From Promethearchaeota archaeon (GTDB lineage Archaea > Asgardarchaeota > Lokiarchaeia > Sigyniarchaeales > SOKP01): a stretch of 64,000 bases of DNA. The DNA is taken from positions 352,001 through 416,000 of the forward strand of contig JAEOUA010000003.1 of assembly GCA_016839555.1 (NCBI GenBank). Direction: 5' to 3'. Positions 39,595-50,055 of the stretch are shown here, one piece after another. Under the pieces are notes generated by a model. That model was not told the origin of the DNA and searched no databases. It saw only the letters and a list, made by a program, of their open reading frames with translations. Position 1 is the first letter of the stretch. Each line of letters begins with the position of its first letter. The translations under genes were made by a program, and so were the position numbers.

Positions 39595-41661
39595 TTGAAG
39601 CTTATAGATAATGAATTTGCAGGATTTCGAGAGATACACGGATTTTCAAAGCAAGAACTTTTAGATATTAAAAAACAAATCTCGAGATATAAAGACGATT
39701 ATTTAGATGATAATAAAGTAAAAGAATTACTTGAAAATACATTTCCGACAAAAATTTTAACTATATATTATGATTATATTTCAAATCTTGATAAATTTAT
39801 AGAATTTTATCTAATTAACAATAAGGAACCAAGTTTTAAAGAGTGTGAGGATTTTTTTTATTTAAAATCTGATTTAATAAAAGAGATTAACCACATTGCT
39901 ACAAATCTTTCAAATTTAAATTTAAATATTCAAAATACGAAACGTTTTTTTAAAAAAAATGAATATTTACAGAATTATTCTTCAGAAATTTTTGATTTAC
40001 AAGAAAAATTAAATCAATCCCAGCAAGAACTTAAGAATTCGTTAGGCACCAAACCACAGAGTTATCATTATTCTTCCTATTTATTCTATCAAACAAATAA
40101 AATTAAAAATTCTCGCTTCAAATTAAAAGATTTACCAGAGAATTGCTTACAATGGGAAGAGATTTCAGATCTTTTCAATTATTTAAAGAATTATGGCACT
40201 TTGCTAAAATCTAAAGGAATTTTATCCAAAAAGGAAGTGGAAATACAATTTGAATTTAAAATGTTAATTGATTATTTTAATTCATCAGAACAAGTAAACA
40301 AAATTATTGGCAAAGAATTAGTATATCTTTTGTCTCTTAATAATTTTTTAGAAGAATTAGAATATGATGAAAATATAAGCAAGCCGGAAAGAAAAAATAT
40401 AATAGAAAACTTAAAAATATTCATGCAATCAATTATTAAAGACTTTATCATGGATGAATTAACGGATTATATTGAAAAATTAAGAGAAATAGAAAAAAAA
40501 TATAATTTAATCGATAAAGAGGAGAAAGAATATAATTTAAAAGCTTTGGTTGATAAAAAAGTAAGCAATTTCTTACCTAATTTTGTAGATTATTATATAA
40601 AAGAGTTGGAAGAGAATTATAAAATTAAAAGTACTGAGAAAGAACCTGTAAATGAGCTTAATAACCTCATTTTAGAGTATAAAAATAAAATAGAATTATT
40701 TTATAAAAAAATACAAAATTTAAAGGAGTTAATCTCTGAATATAAACTTTTTCTAAGACCTTTTGGCCATATAATAAATAATTATGAAAAAATATTTGCA
40801 TCTCTTTTAGAGGATATAGAAAGAAGAAAGGAAGATTTTGTTTTTTATCTGAAGACTGTTAAAAACGAATGGTTAAAGGATGATTTAAGAACCTTCACTG
40901 AAGGAAAAAGGGATGAAATCAATCAACTACTAGCAAATTATCGAGATAAATTCGCCAAAATATTAAAAGATGATTTTCCGCAGTTTAAAGAAATAGAGGA
41001 TATACTTAATACTTATCAGACGCAAATTATACAAATGAAGGATGAAGTCTATCAGAAATTTGAAGAATATAATAAAAAAAATTTAAATCAAATTCAGATC
41101 ATTAAGCAATGGGAAACAAACTTTAATAGAACAAAACAGCAAGCAAGCTTCCTTTTAAATCAGTATCTTATGAAAATTTTTAAAAATTTTGATAATATTA
41201 TTGAAAAAGAAAATGCTCTTTTTAGAGGACTCTCTGAAATTTCAAAAAAAAATCGGAGAGATCAAGAATTAGCTCTTAATTATGCCCTATCTGGTTATCT
41301 TTTTGGTAAGTTGAGCCAAAAAGAAATAAAAGAACGCATTATTACTCTAAAAGAAAAAATATTGCAATTACAAACTCAACAAAATCTCTATGAATCAGAA
41401 ATCTCTAAATTAGAAGAAGTTCTAGGCGAAAAAATTAAAATACAAGAAGGAATTTCTTCTACAAGAGTACAATGTGCCATTTGCCATAAGAATATTGACC
41501 TTAAAAAGGATAGATTTATTAAATGCCCTTATTGTGGAACATACTTTCATTATTTATGTATTTATTTCTGGCTCTCGGAATATAACAGCTGCCCTGCGTG
41601 CCAGAACGAATTCCTCGATCCTAATACTGACATGTATTATTTCTCAGAACCACTTAGTTAA
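39595..41661 (+). CDS. long helical/coiled-coil protein with C-terminal C4HC3 RING finger
   Basis: CAIC-x13-CPYC-x4-H-x2-C-x3-W-x6-CPAC. Confidence 0.8.
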   Translation: MKLIDNEFAGFREIHGFSKQELLDIKKQISRYKDDYLDDNKVKELLENTFPTKILTIYYDYISNLDKFIEFYLINNKEPSFKECEDFFYLKSDLIKEINHIATNLSNLNLNIQNTKRFFKKNEYLQNYSSEIFDLQEKLNQSQQELKNSLGTKPQSYHYSSYLFYQTNKIKNSRFKLKDLPENCLQWEEISDLFNYLKNYGTLLKSKGILSKKEVEIQFEFKMLIDYFNSSEQVNKIIGKELVYLLSLNNFLEELEYDENISKPERKNIIENLKIFMQSIIKDFIMDELTDYIEKLREIEKKYNLIDKEEKEYNLKALVDKKVSNFLPNFVDYYIKELEENYKIKSTEKEPVNELNNLILEYKNKIELFYKKIQNLKELISEYKLFLRPFGHIINNYEKIFASLLEDIERRKEDFVFYLKTVKNEWLKDDLRTFTEGKRDEINQLLANYRDKFAKILKDDFPQFKEIEDILNTYQTQIIQMKDEVYQKFEEYNKKNLNQIQIIKQWETNFNRTKQQASFLLNQYLMKIFKNFDNIIEKENALFRGLSEISKKNRRDQELALNYALSGYLFGKLSQKEIKERIITLKEKILQLQTQQNLYESEISKLEEVLGEKIKIQEGISSTRVQCAICHKNIDLKKDRFIKCPYCGTYFHYLCIYFWLSEYNSCPACQNEFLDPNTDMYYFSEPLS

Positions 41662-41834
41662 TTTTTTCTTTATTAAATATTCTCGAATATTTGACACTTA
41701 TATTATCTTAAAAGATTATTTTGCCTATATTTAAAAGAGAATGCTTCATTTAATTATTAATAATATTTGATTATTATTTCTTAGGAGCAAGTTTTTTATT
41801 AATTATAATTTAATTTCTATAGTAGGGTATTTTT

Positions 41835-42665
41835 ATGATAGGGGAGTTAGAATCGTTTAGTGAGCCAACCAGATTTTTTCAATATGATTATGTATTATTT
41901 GACGCTATATTTCTTGGTGTTTGGCTCTTTTTTTTAATAAAAAATAAAAAATGGGCGGCACTCTCCTTTGGATTTATATGTGGAGTTATCGTATATTTTA
42001 TTGATGCTGTATGGTGGTGGAATACACCTTTGAATGCTAATTATCCCCCAGGAACCTTTATTCGTGAATATTGGATCAGAGATATTCAAATGCCGCACCC
42101 ATTGGGAGAATTCTTTTGGAAAAAACTTAGCTGTGACTTTATGATGTGTATTTCATATAGTTTATTTGCCTTTCCATGGATGTGGATTATTTATGAAAAG
42201 ATTTCCAAGAAATCTTCAGAAGAAGATCTTACCAAGGAAGATCGAAAGGAAATTGCTTTTTATACGCTATTTTATTTTGGTGCATGGATGGCAATCCCAC
42301 TTCTTACTTTATTGATTCCTTTTGATGATACTATAATTCATACAGTAAGGCATATGCAAACTCAATTATTAGTGTGGATTATTAATTTTTTTGTTGGATA
42401 CTCAATCTTAGCGATACTTTATGGTACTAATATAGTAAAAAGAAAAAATCCAAAAACGATAGGCTATGTATTTGTTGTGGGATGTGCTGAATCATTTTTT
42501 ATGGAATTTCCATTATTTGTTTCGAGAATTCGCCCAACAGGACCGATATTTTTATTATTTGAAGTAATCTTTTTAGTAAACCAAGGAGCTCCTTACTTAT
42601 ATATTGCATATGATATTATATTTCCCGAATTAGGTAAACAAATAAAGCGGTTGAGGAATAAATAG
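41835..42665 (+). CDS. membrane protein of unknown function
   Basis: About seven hydrophobic segments. Confidence 0.75.
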   Translation: MIGELESFSEPTRFFQYDYVLFDAIFLGVWLFFLIKNKKWAALSFGFICGVIVYFIDAVWWWNTPLNANYPPGTFIREYWIRDIQMPHPLGEFFWKKLSCDFMMCISYSLFAFPWMWIIYEKISKKSSEEDLTKEDRKEIAFYTLFYFGAWMAIPLLTLLIPFDDTIIHTVRHMQTQLLVWIINFFVGYSILAILYGTNIVKRKNPKTIGYVFVVGCAESFFMEFPLFVSRIRPTGPIFLLFEVIFLVNQGAPYLYIAYDIIFPELGKQIKRLRNK

Positions 42666-42762
42666 ATAAATTTTTCATTTTTTATATTTGAACTCAGGGA
42701 TTTAAAAAAGTATTTTTATAGTGAAAGAAAAGAATAAAGAACAAGGCTTTCGAAAGAAAGTA

Positions 42763-43440
42763 TTAAAAAATTATGAACAAATTATAGTTCGGAAAGAATA
42801 ATACCTTTAACGCCATATAGCTTCCGAAGAAAATCATAAAAATCCCACAAATAATTAATACCCATCGATAAACCTTGGGATTCAGCGTTCTACCTCCTAA
42901 ATAACCAAATACTGAAATTGGCCAAAACCAGATGAGGTCTCCCAATTCATGACCAAGAAAGAAAAATAATATACCCAGAGGTTTTTGAAAGCTGACATCT
43001 AATTGAACCATTAAACTAAGCCCAATTCCCGCCCACCACAGTGTCCAGAAGGGGTTCGAAAGGCTTACAATAATACCGCCTAAAAAGCTATTACCCTTAA
43101 AGCCTTTCATATCTTCTTCCTTCATATCACTAAAACTTACTTCAATTGGATTATTATAAGTATTTTTTATAACCACAATACCATATACAATTAATAATAT
43201 TCCGCCGACAATTCCAATTGTGGTATATACATAAGCATTTTGCAAAAAAAAGGAAGCCCCTAATAATAACGCAATAATTAATACTAATTCCAAGGTAGCA
43301 TGCCCTAATGTAATAAATAATCCTGCTAAATAACCCTTCTCACTTTTTAAAGACTTGTAAATAGTAAAAGTAAGAACGGGACCAGGACTTAAAGCTCCTG
43401 TCAGCGCTACCACGAATGATATAAAGAAAATATCAATCAT
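42763..43440 (-). CDS. LysE-family translocator
   Basis: GALSPGP, GHATLE, SLSNPFW. Confidence 0.9.
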   Translation of the reverse strand: MIDIFFISFVVALTGALSPGPVLTFTIYKSLKSEKGYLAGLFITLGHATLELVLIIALLLGASFFLQNAYVYTTIGIVGGILLIVYGIVVIKNTYNNPIEVSFSDMKEEDMKGFKGNSFLGGIIVSLSNPFWTLWWAGIGLSLMVQLDVSFQKPLGILFFFLGHELGDLIWFWPISVFGYLGGRTLNPKVYRWVLIICGIFMIFFGSYMALKVLFFPNYNLFIIF

Positions 43441-43602
43441 GTATGTGGTAATTTTTTTCTAATTATGAAATTATTGTTTTTACTTTATAATTTCCATCAA
43501 AATTTTAATGAGAAAAGAACGAAGATTATACAAAAATTTAATAATTACTATTTTAAAAATATAATTATAATATAATTATTTAATCCACTAATGAGTTAAA
43601 TT

Positions 43603-44460
43603 ATGGTTGATTATAAAAACGTATTAAAGACTCTTCAGAAAAGCTATTCTTACGTGGATAAGATTCTTGTGCTTAAGAATAATGGAAAAATAGAATATTC
43701 AACAGATAATTGGAAAGTTAAGGAAGATATTAAGGGCTTTTTAGCGAGTTGGGCTAGCGGAAATGCACAGTTTGTTGTTATGGATGGAGTCAAATATTCA
43801 ATCTTACAAATGGAGCCAGAAAGATTTGTGGGCACAAACAGACAGAAAAAAGGACATTTAATTGGAGCAGCGACTGCGGAAAGAGATAAATATTTAATTG
43901 CTCATATTGACAATAAGGCAAAAGGTTGGATGCATAATGCGTATCCAATGGTAGCTAGAGCAGCAGTTGCGTTGAATGATACGTCTAAATTAAAATACTT
44001 GGATTCAAGCCAAAAACAAGTCAAACCTGGCAAAGACGCTCAAACGGAAAAGATTTCGAAAAAAATAAAAAAATTAGAAGATAAATTCAAGAAAAACCTT
44101 GATAAGGGGAAGAAAGAAAAAGCAATAGAATATGCTAAAGAACTTATTGAAATGGCGAATTCAATTGGAAAAAGTGATGTAGCGGAAAAATATCAGGATA
44201 TAATAGATGAGCTTCTGGGGAAGAAAAAAGAAAAAACTGAAGAACCAATTGAGCAAATGACTCAAATTAGAGCAGACGCTATATCTACACCTAAAGTCAA
44301 TCCAATTATAACCCAAGAAGTTATAAATTTTCTTCAATGGATTAATGATAGGGAAGGATTAGTGAAGTTTGTCGAATATTATCTTCAACAAAATGATCAA
44401 CAAAAAATTTCTGATTTATCAGATATTTATAAAGAACTCTATCGAATAACAACTGAATAA
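43603..44460 (+). CDS. Asgard-type profilin domain with a long helical C-terminal extension
   Basis: aa 1-125: ILVL..NGKI.YST.NW, GVKYSI......RFVGTN...KGHLI resembles the Lokiarchaeal profilin pattern; about 160 extra residues follow. Confidence 0.72.
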   Translation: MVDYKNVLKTLQKSYSYVDKILVLKNNGKIEYSTDNWKVKEDIKGFLASWASGNAQFVVMDGVKYSILQMEPERFVGTNRQKKGHLIGAATAERDKYLIAHIDNKAKGWMHNAYPMVARAAVALNDTSKLKYLDSSQKQVKPGKDAQTEKISKKIKKLEDKFKKNLDKGKKEKAIEYAKELIEMANSIGKSDVAEKYQDIIDELLGKKKEKTEEPIEQMTQIRADAISTPKVNPIITQEVINFLQWINDREGLVKFVEYYLQQNDQQKISDLSDIYKELYRITTE

Positions 44461-44609
44461 AAGAGATAAGATTAGAAGAAGTAAATTTTTGAAATAAAAT
44501 TCTGTTTATATATCTCTTGTTTTTAGTTAAATTTTTATTAATTTGAATGAATTAATAAAAGAAATTATAGTTTTAATTTATATAAAAGAGTATTTCAAAT
44601 CATAATATA

Positions 44610-45866
44610 TTATTCCCGTATTTGCCCGCTTCCATAAATGATATATTTAGTGGTGGTGAGCTGTTCTACACCCATAGGTCCACGTGAATGAAGTTTTTGA
44701 GTAGATATCCCAATTTCAGCTCCTAAACCGAACACACCCCCATCAGTTAAACGAGTGGCAGCGTTAACATACACGGCAGCAGCATCGACTTCATAGAGAA
44801 ATTTTCTTGCATCACTATAATTTTCTGTTATAATCGATTCAGTATGCTTTGAATCATATTTGGTGATAATATTGATGGCTTCTTCAATATTTTTGACCAC
44901 TTTTATACATATTTTTAAGGAGAGATATTCTGCCCGCCAATCTTCTTCTGTGGCAGGAATTATATCAGGAACAAGATCTTGTGTTTGTTGATCTCCTCTT
45001 ACTTCAACACCATTTTCTCGCAGCAACTTAACGATTCTTGGAATATACTCATCTTTAATATCCTCGTGAATTAATAGCTTATCTAAAGCATTGCATACTG
45101 CAGGATATGAACATTTGGAGTTAATGATTATTTTATCTGCCATATCTAAATCAGCATCATAATTAACGAATAAGCTGACAATTCCTATTCCTGTTTCGAT
45201 GGTCGGTACCAAAGAGTTTTGAATTACTTTTTGTATTAAACTTTCTCCTCCACGCGGGATAATTACATCAATATAATCCTTTAGCTTGAGCATCGCATCA
45301 ACATATGCTCTATCAGTATCTTTAATGATTTGTATACAATTTTCTGGTAATCCCTCTTGAATTGCAGCTTCATGTAATATATCTGCTATCGCGATATTCG
45401 AGTAGATTGCCTCACTTCCGCCTCTTAGAATAATACTATTTCCCGCTTTAATGCACAACGTCGATGCATCAGCAGTAACATTAGGACGTGATTCATAGAT
45501 AATTCCGATTACACCAAGTGGGACTCTGACTAATCCTATATCCATTCCATTTGGTCTGCGCCACATTTTTATAATTTCATTGATAGGATCGGGAAAATCA
45601 GCTATTTCTTTAATACTTTCTGCTATTTTATTAATTTTATTATCAGTTAAAATGAGGCGATCAATTTTAGCTTGTTCGAAATGTTTTTTTTCAGCATTTT
45701 CAAGGTCAATTTTATTCGCGTTAATAATTTTCGATATATTATTCTCTAATTCATCAGCCATCCGAAGTAATGCATTATTTTTTATAGCTGTTGGAATATT
45801 TTTTAAAATAAATGCAGAATCCTTCGCTTGCTGACCGATCTTTTCCATTTTCTCTTGAATTGACAT
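44610..45866 (-). CDS. proA: gamma-glutamyl phosphate reductase
   Basis: VPLGVIGIIYESRPNV, CNA, GAEIGISTQKLHSRGPMG. Confidence 0.96.
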   Translation of the reverse strand: MSIQEKMEKIGQQAKDSAFILKNIPTAIKNNALLRMADELENNISKIINANKIDLENAEKKHFEQAKIDRLILTDNKINKIAESIKEIADFPDPINEIIKMWRRPNGMDIGLVRVPLGVIGIIYESRPNVTADASTLCIKAGNSIILRGGSEAIYSNIAIADILHEAAIQEGLPENCIQIIKDTDRAYVDAMLKLKDYIDVIIPRGGESLIQKVIQNSLVPTIETGIGIVSLFVNYDADLDMADKIIINSKCSYPAVCNALDKLLIHEDIKDEYIPRIVKLLRENGVEVRGDQQTQDLVPDIIPATEEDWRAEYLSLKICIKVVKNIEEAINIITKYDSKHTESIITENYSDARKFLYEVDAAAVYVNAATRLTDGGVFGLGAEIGISTQKLHSRGPMGVEQLTTTKYIIYGSGQIRE

Positions 45867-45938
45867 AAGAAAATCCTTTTCACTAAAATAATTACTAAAT
45901 CCTAATATTGATATAAAAGAAGCTAATTTAAAAAAAAT

Positions 45939-46727
45939 TTACTTTTGAGCTACGAAGTAGGTACCGATCTCCTGTCCTTCTAATATTTTTTTTACGTTTT
46001 TACTTTTAAATGAGGTGATTACAGTGGGAATCCCAATATTTGTTAATTTTTTGGCAGCATCAAGTTTTGATTTCATTCCTCCAAAACTTACCCCACTATC
46101 TATATCTTCTACTAATTGATCCAGTTTCTTATCGATTTCTTCAACTTGCGTAATTACTTTCGCATCCTCATGAATATTAGGATTCTTATCACATAGCCCT
46201 TCTACATCAGTTAAAATTATTAAAAGATCAACAAAAAGTAAAATAGATACCAATGCAGAGAGATTGTCATTATCACCATAACTTAGTTCTTCAATGGCAA
46301 CCGAATCGTTTTCATTTATGATCGGTATAATTCCTTTATCTAAAAGGACTTGCAGCGTATTTCTTGTATTTGCTCGGCGTGTAGAATCTTTCATATCATC
46401 TGCTGAAAGTAAAACCTGTCCTATATGCAAATCATACTTGCTAAATTCTTCTTGATAAATTTTCATCAGGTATATTTGACCAACGGCCGCCAAAGCTTGT
46501 AGCTGTTTATAATCAGAAGGTCTTTCTTTTAATCCCAATTTGGCCAGACCCGAGCCTATAGCACCACTACTTACTATAATGATCTCATAACCTTCTTTTA
46601 TTAACGAGGCTATTTCCTTTACAAATGATTCAATTTTATCGCAATAAATTTGTGCAACGCCATCAGTGATCATTTGCGTACCGACTTTAATCACGATCCG
46701 CTTAATATTTGAAGGAAAGGTTCTCAT
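45939..46727 (-). CDS. proB: glutamate 5-kinase (no PUA domain)
   Basis: IVIKVG, VSSGAI, AAVGQ, PIINEND, GDNDNLSA, GGMKSK. Confidence 0.96.
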   Translation of the reverse strand: MRTFPSNIKRIVIKVGTQMITDGVAQIYCDKIESFVKEIASLIKEGYEIIIVSSGAIGSGLAKLGLKERPSDYKQLQALAAVGQIYLMKIYQEEFSKYDLHIGQVLLSADDMKDSTRRANTRNTLQVLLDKGIIPIINENDSVAIEELSYGDNDNLSALVSILLFVDLLIILTDVEGLCDKNPNIHEDAKVITQVEEIDKKLDQLVEDIDSGVSFGGMKSKLDAAKKLTNIGIPTVITSFKSKNVKKILEGQEIGTYFVAQK

Positions 46728-46818
46728 AACTTTTTAATTTAGAAAGAAAACAATATAAATTTGGTTTAAATAATTAATTGCTTAATTTAGGTTTTTTCAT
46801 TCAACTCAGAACAAAGAA

Positions 46819-47307
46819 TTAAAAGCTTATCTGAAATACATTAGTTAAAATCCATCCTAAAACAATAATTATAAGCAAGATTGGGATTATGAAAAGAAGG
46901 AATGCATAAGAGCTTCTAATCCAAAATCTGTTCCACAATTTTACGCCTTCTTTAAAATCTTCTCTTCTCTGTTTTTTCCATAGTTCCATGTCTCTTTGGA
47001 TTTTTTGAGTAGTGGTTTCCCATTGTTGTTTTGTCTCTAAATTACGTCTTTCAATATCACTTTTCCATTGTTCTACCTTATTTTCCCAATCTTTTCTTAC
47101 ATCTTGGAAAAATTTATCTACCTTCTCTTTACTCTTTTCAAAATCTTCTAAATTCTTTTTGGATTCATCCTCAAGCGATTTTTTAAAATCTACCCATCCT
47201 TTATTTAAATTATTGACAAACTCATCCCATTTTTGTTTAAAAGGATCTTCTTTAAGTTTATTTGGTTCTGAATTATTTGAATTATTCATATTCTTACTCA
47301 TATCCAT
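46819..47307 (-). CDS. tail-anchored amphipathic helical protein
   Basis: Charged helical body with periodic W/F; single C-terminal TM helix. Confidence 0.7.
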   Translation of the reverse strand: MDMSKNMNNSNNSEPNKLKEDPFKQKWDEFVNNLNKGWVDFKKSLEDESKKNLEDFEKSKEKVDKFFQDVRKDWENKVEQWKSDIERRNLETKQQWETTTQKIQRDMELWKKQRREDFKEGVKLWNRFWIRSSYAFLLFIIPILLIIIVLGWILTNVFQISF

Positions 47308-47588
47308 TGCTTTATATTGAATAGTTTTTCTAATATAAATAAATTATAGTATTTCAGAATTATGATTAAATAAATTATAGTAATTCAGAAATATAATAAT
47401 TGTTTATTTTAAATAACTAAACAATCATCATTTCTTTATATGAAATCATAAGGATTTTTGAACGATATTCAGATTTTTTAAAATATTTTATAGAAATTTC
47501 AGTATTTATTAGTAGAATTAATATTTTTATTAAGAGAGACAAAATTTATTATAAATTGTTCAATAATCAAAATAAAAGTGAAATATTT

Positions 47589-48974
47589 ATGGACTTTAAA
47601 TTACTTGAAAATACTCCCCTATATAAAGCCTTCTCTGAGGTAGGTAAGAGAATCTTCTTACCAGAGGGTATTTTTTATTGGTCTGGGCGAGCAAAAAATG
47701 AGGCGGAATTAATTGGGACGATTGGGTCTGCTTTTGGATATGAAAAAGATTTCATTGAGGATGGGGAGGATAAATGGGTTCCTTGCTATTTAAAAGAGAT
47801 TAAAAAATATTCTAATCTAAATGTTGAACAAATTGTTCCTTATGCGTCTATTGGCGGATTGCCCGAGCTCAGAAAAATATGGAAAGATTGGATAATAGAA
47901 AAAGCGCGTTTTAATTCTGGAGAGGATAAAAAGAACATAGATTATCTTACAAAATACATAACAGACCCCCTTGTGACTGCTGGAGTGACTAATGGTATAT
48001 ATCTGGTATGCTCTCTTTTTTTAAATAAAGGAGAGAAGATCATTTGCCCTAATAAACGATGGGGAAACTATGATAATATCATTGTAAAAAATATCGGAGC
48101 TCAAATTGAATCATTTGAATTCTTCCGCAATAAAAAAATTAATCTGGATGGTTTAAGAAAGGCAATCCAGGAACTTGATAGAGTACAAGATAAAATAGTA
48201 ATAATTTTAAATTTTCCTAATAATCCTACAGGATATGTACCAACCAAGCAAGAGGCACTAGATTTAATAAATCTGCTCCAGCAACTTCAATTAGAAATCA
48301 AAAAACCCTTTATTATTTTAGTTGATGATGCTTATGAGCCTTATATCTATAATTTTCGAGAGGATATCTTAGATGTTTCCATCTTTTATCAACTTCAGCA
48401 ATTGGAAGAAGAAATAATACCCATCAAGCTAGATGGTATTACTAAAGAATTACTTTTCTATGGAGGTAGAATCGGTTTTGTAACTATTGGGCTAAAACCT
48501 ATTTGGGTTCAAGATAAATATAGTCTTTCCACATTAAAGGATGAAATAAATAATAAATTGGAAGGATTCAATAGAAGCTCAATATCTAATTCAAATCATT
48601 TTTATCAAACAGTTGCAATCAAATTATTTCAAGATTCTGGCAAAGAGAAGATTATAGAATCAAGAAATAAAGTTAAACTGCTATTAGAAAAAAGATGCAA
48701 AAAAATAAACCAAGAATTAATGAAAATTAAATCAACTGATATCTCTGTAGATCCGAATTCGGGTGGCTTTTTTATATTTGTGAATTTAAACCCTGAAAAA
48801 ATTAAAGCATCCGAGTTTGCGGATTATTTGTTAACACAGCATAAAGTAGGAGTCATCCCTATAGAAAATCCTCGGGAAAATATAAATGGAATACGAATCG
48901 CTTATTCTTCGATTAACTTAGATCAAATACCCGAATTTATAGAGAGAATTAAGAAGGCATTATCTAATTATTAA
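47589..48974 (+). CDS. class I/II PLP-dependent aminotransferase
   Basis: NFPNNPTG, DDAY, DGITKE...GGRIG; start taken at MDFK (47589). Confidence 0.9.
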   Translation: MDFKLLENTPLYKAFSEVGKRIFLPEGIFYWSGRAKNEAELIGTIGSAFGYEKDFIEDGEDKWVPCYLKEIKKYSNLNVEQIVPYASIGGLPELRKIWKDWIIEKARFNSGEDKKNIDYLTKYITDPLVTAGVTNGIYLVCSLFLNKGEKIICPNKRWGNYDNIIVKNIGAQIESFEFFRNKKINLDGLRKAIQELDRVQDKIVIILNFPNNPTGYVPTKQEALDLINLLQQLQLEIKKPFIILVDDAYEPYIYNFREDILDVSIFYQLQQLEEEIIPIKLDGITKELLFYGGRIGFVTIGLKPIWVQDKYSLSTLKDEINNKLEGFNRSSISNSNHFYQTVAIKLFQDSGKEKIIESRNKVKLLLEKRCKKINQELMKIKSTDISVDPNSGGFFIFVNLNPEKIKASEFADYLLTQHKVGVIPIENPRENINGIRIAYSSINLDQIPEFIERIKKALSNY

Positions 48975-49150
48975 AACAAAAATTTATGCCAATTTTAATG
49001 ATGACACTGTATTCAAATTCTGAGTAAAGAAAGCTATTATATTAGAGAGTTTTTATAATTGCAATATAAAAAAATTAAAAAAATAACCTCTATTAATATT
49101 AATAGCATATTTTTAATATTATTTAAATTAAAAAAGTTGGATTATATAAT

Positions 49151-50041
49151 ATGGAAACTTCCTTTTACATTTTAGGTGTTTTTTTAGCCATTATAAGTGG
49201 ATCAGTAAATAATATTGGTTCAGTTTTACAGAAAAAAGTAGTGAATGAACTTCCTACGGAAGCTAAATTTTTCAGGAGTTTAATCAAAAAACCGCTTTGG
49301 TTAATGGGTTTAATAATGCAAATGGGAATTGGGTCAATTTTCTTCATGGTTGCCCAATTATATATTGGTCCTGCTCTCATTCCCGGCCTCATGGCATTCG
49401 GATTAGTTTTCTTAGCTATTGGTTCAGCAAAAATTGTTAAAGAATCTCTAAAAAAAGTAGAAATAACGGGAATCATCCTCATGATCAGTGCAATATTTTT
49501 TTTGGGATTATCGGAATTAATAATTGATATCACCCAGATAGATATACTCCAACCAATGGTTATCCTTAATATGACAGTCTTTACTATTAGTTTATATATG
49601 GGTTCGTTAATATGTGAAATCCTTCAAAGAAGGAGTCAAAAATATAAAGGAATCTTACTGGCAATTGCTTCGGGATTTCAAGTTTCATTAACTAATTTCT
49701 GGATTGCACCAATGATGGCCTTTTTTGTTGCAGTATTTACAGGTACGGCGAGTTTGGGGGAGATAATTCTATTCGTTATTACTTCAATAATATTAGTCAT
49801 TTCCAGCATGACTGGGATTGCAAAGATTCAGCAATCATTTCAAGTGGCAAATGCAAGCCGAATGATACCAATTCAACAAGTTCCCATCCAAATAATGCCT
49901 ATTTTTGTGTATTTCTTGGTATTTTCGTTGATTGCACCTAGTATCATGTCAATTTTTTTTATGGTAATAGGAGTATTTTTTATAATTATTAGTTCCTTTT
50001 TGTTGGCTAAACGTCAAGCACAATTAGAAGCAATGAAATAG
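49151..50041 (+). CDS. DMT-superfamily membrane transporter
   Basis: GSVLQKK, PLWLMG, IVKESL...E..G; about nine TM segments. Confidence 0.7.
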   Translation: METSFYILGVFLAIISGSVNNIGSVLQKKVVNELPTEAKFFRSLIKKPLWLMGLIMQMGIGSIFFMVAQLYIGPALIPGLMAFGLVFLAIGSAKIVKESLKKVEITGIILMISAIFFLGLSELIIDITQIDILQPMVILNMTVFTISLYMGSLICEILQRRSQKYKGILLAIASGFQVSLTNFWIAPMMAFFVAVFTGTASLGEIILFVITSIILVISSMTGIAKIQQSFQVANASRMIPIQQVPIQIMPIFVYFLVFSLIAPSIMSIFFMVIGVFFIIISSFLLAKRQAQLEAMK

Positions 50042-50055
50042 AGGTGAAATAGAAA

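Noticed and set aside
48960-49015. Fluoride riboswitch-like UGAUGAC
   Set aside because: The upstream GAUGG pseudoknot strand and P1 stem are absent.
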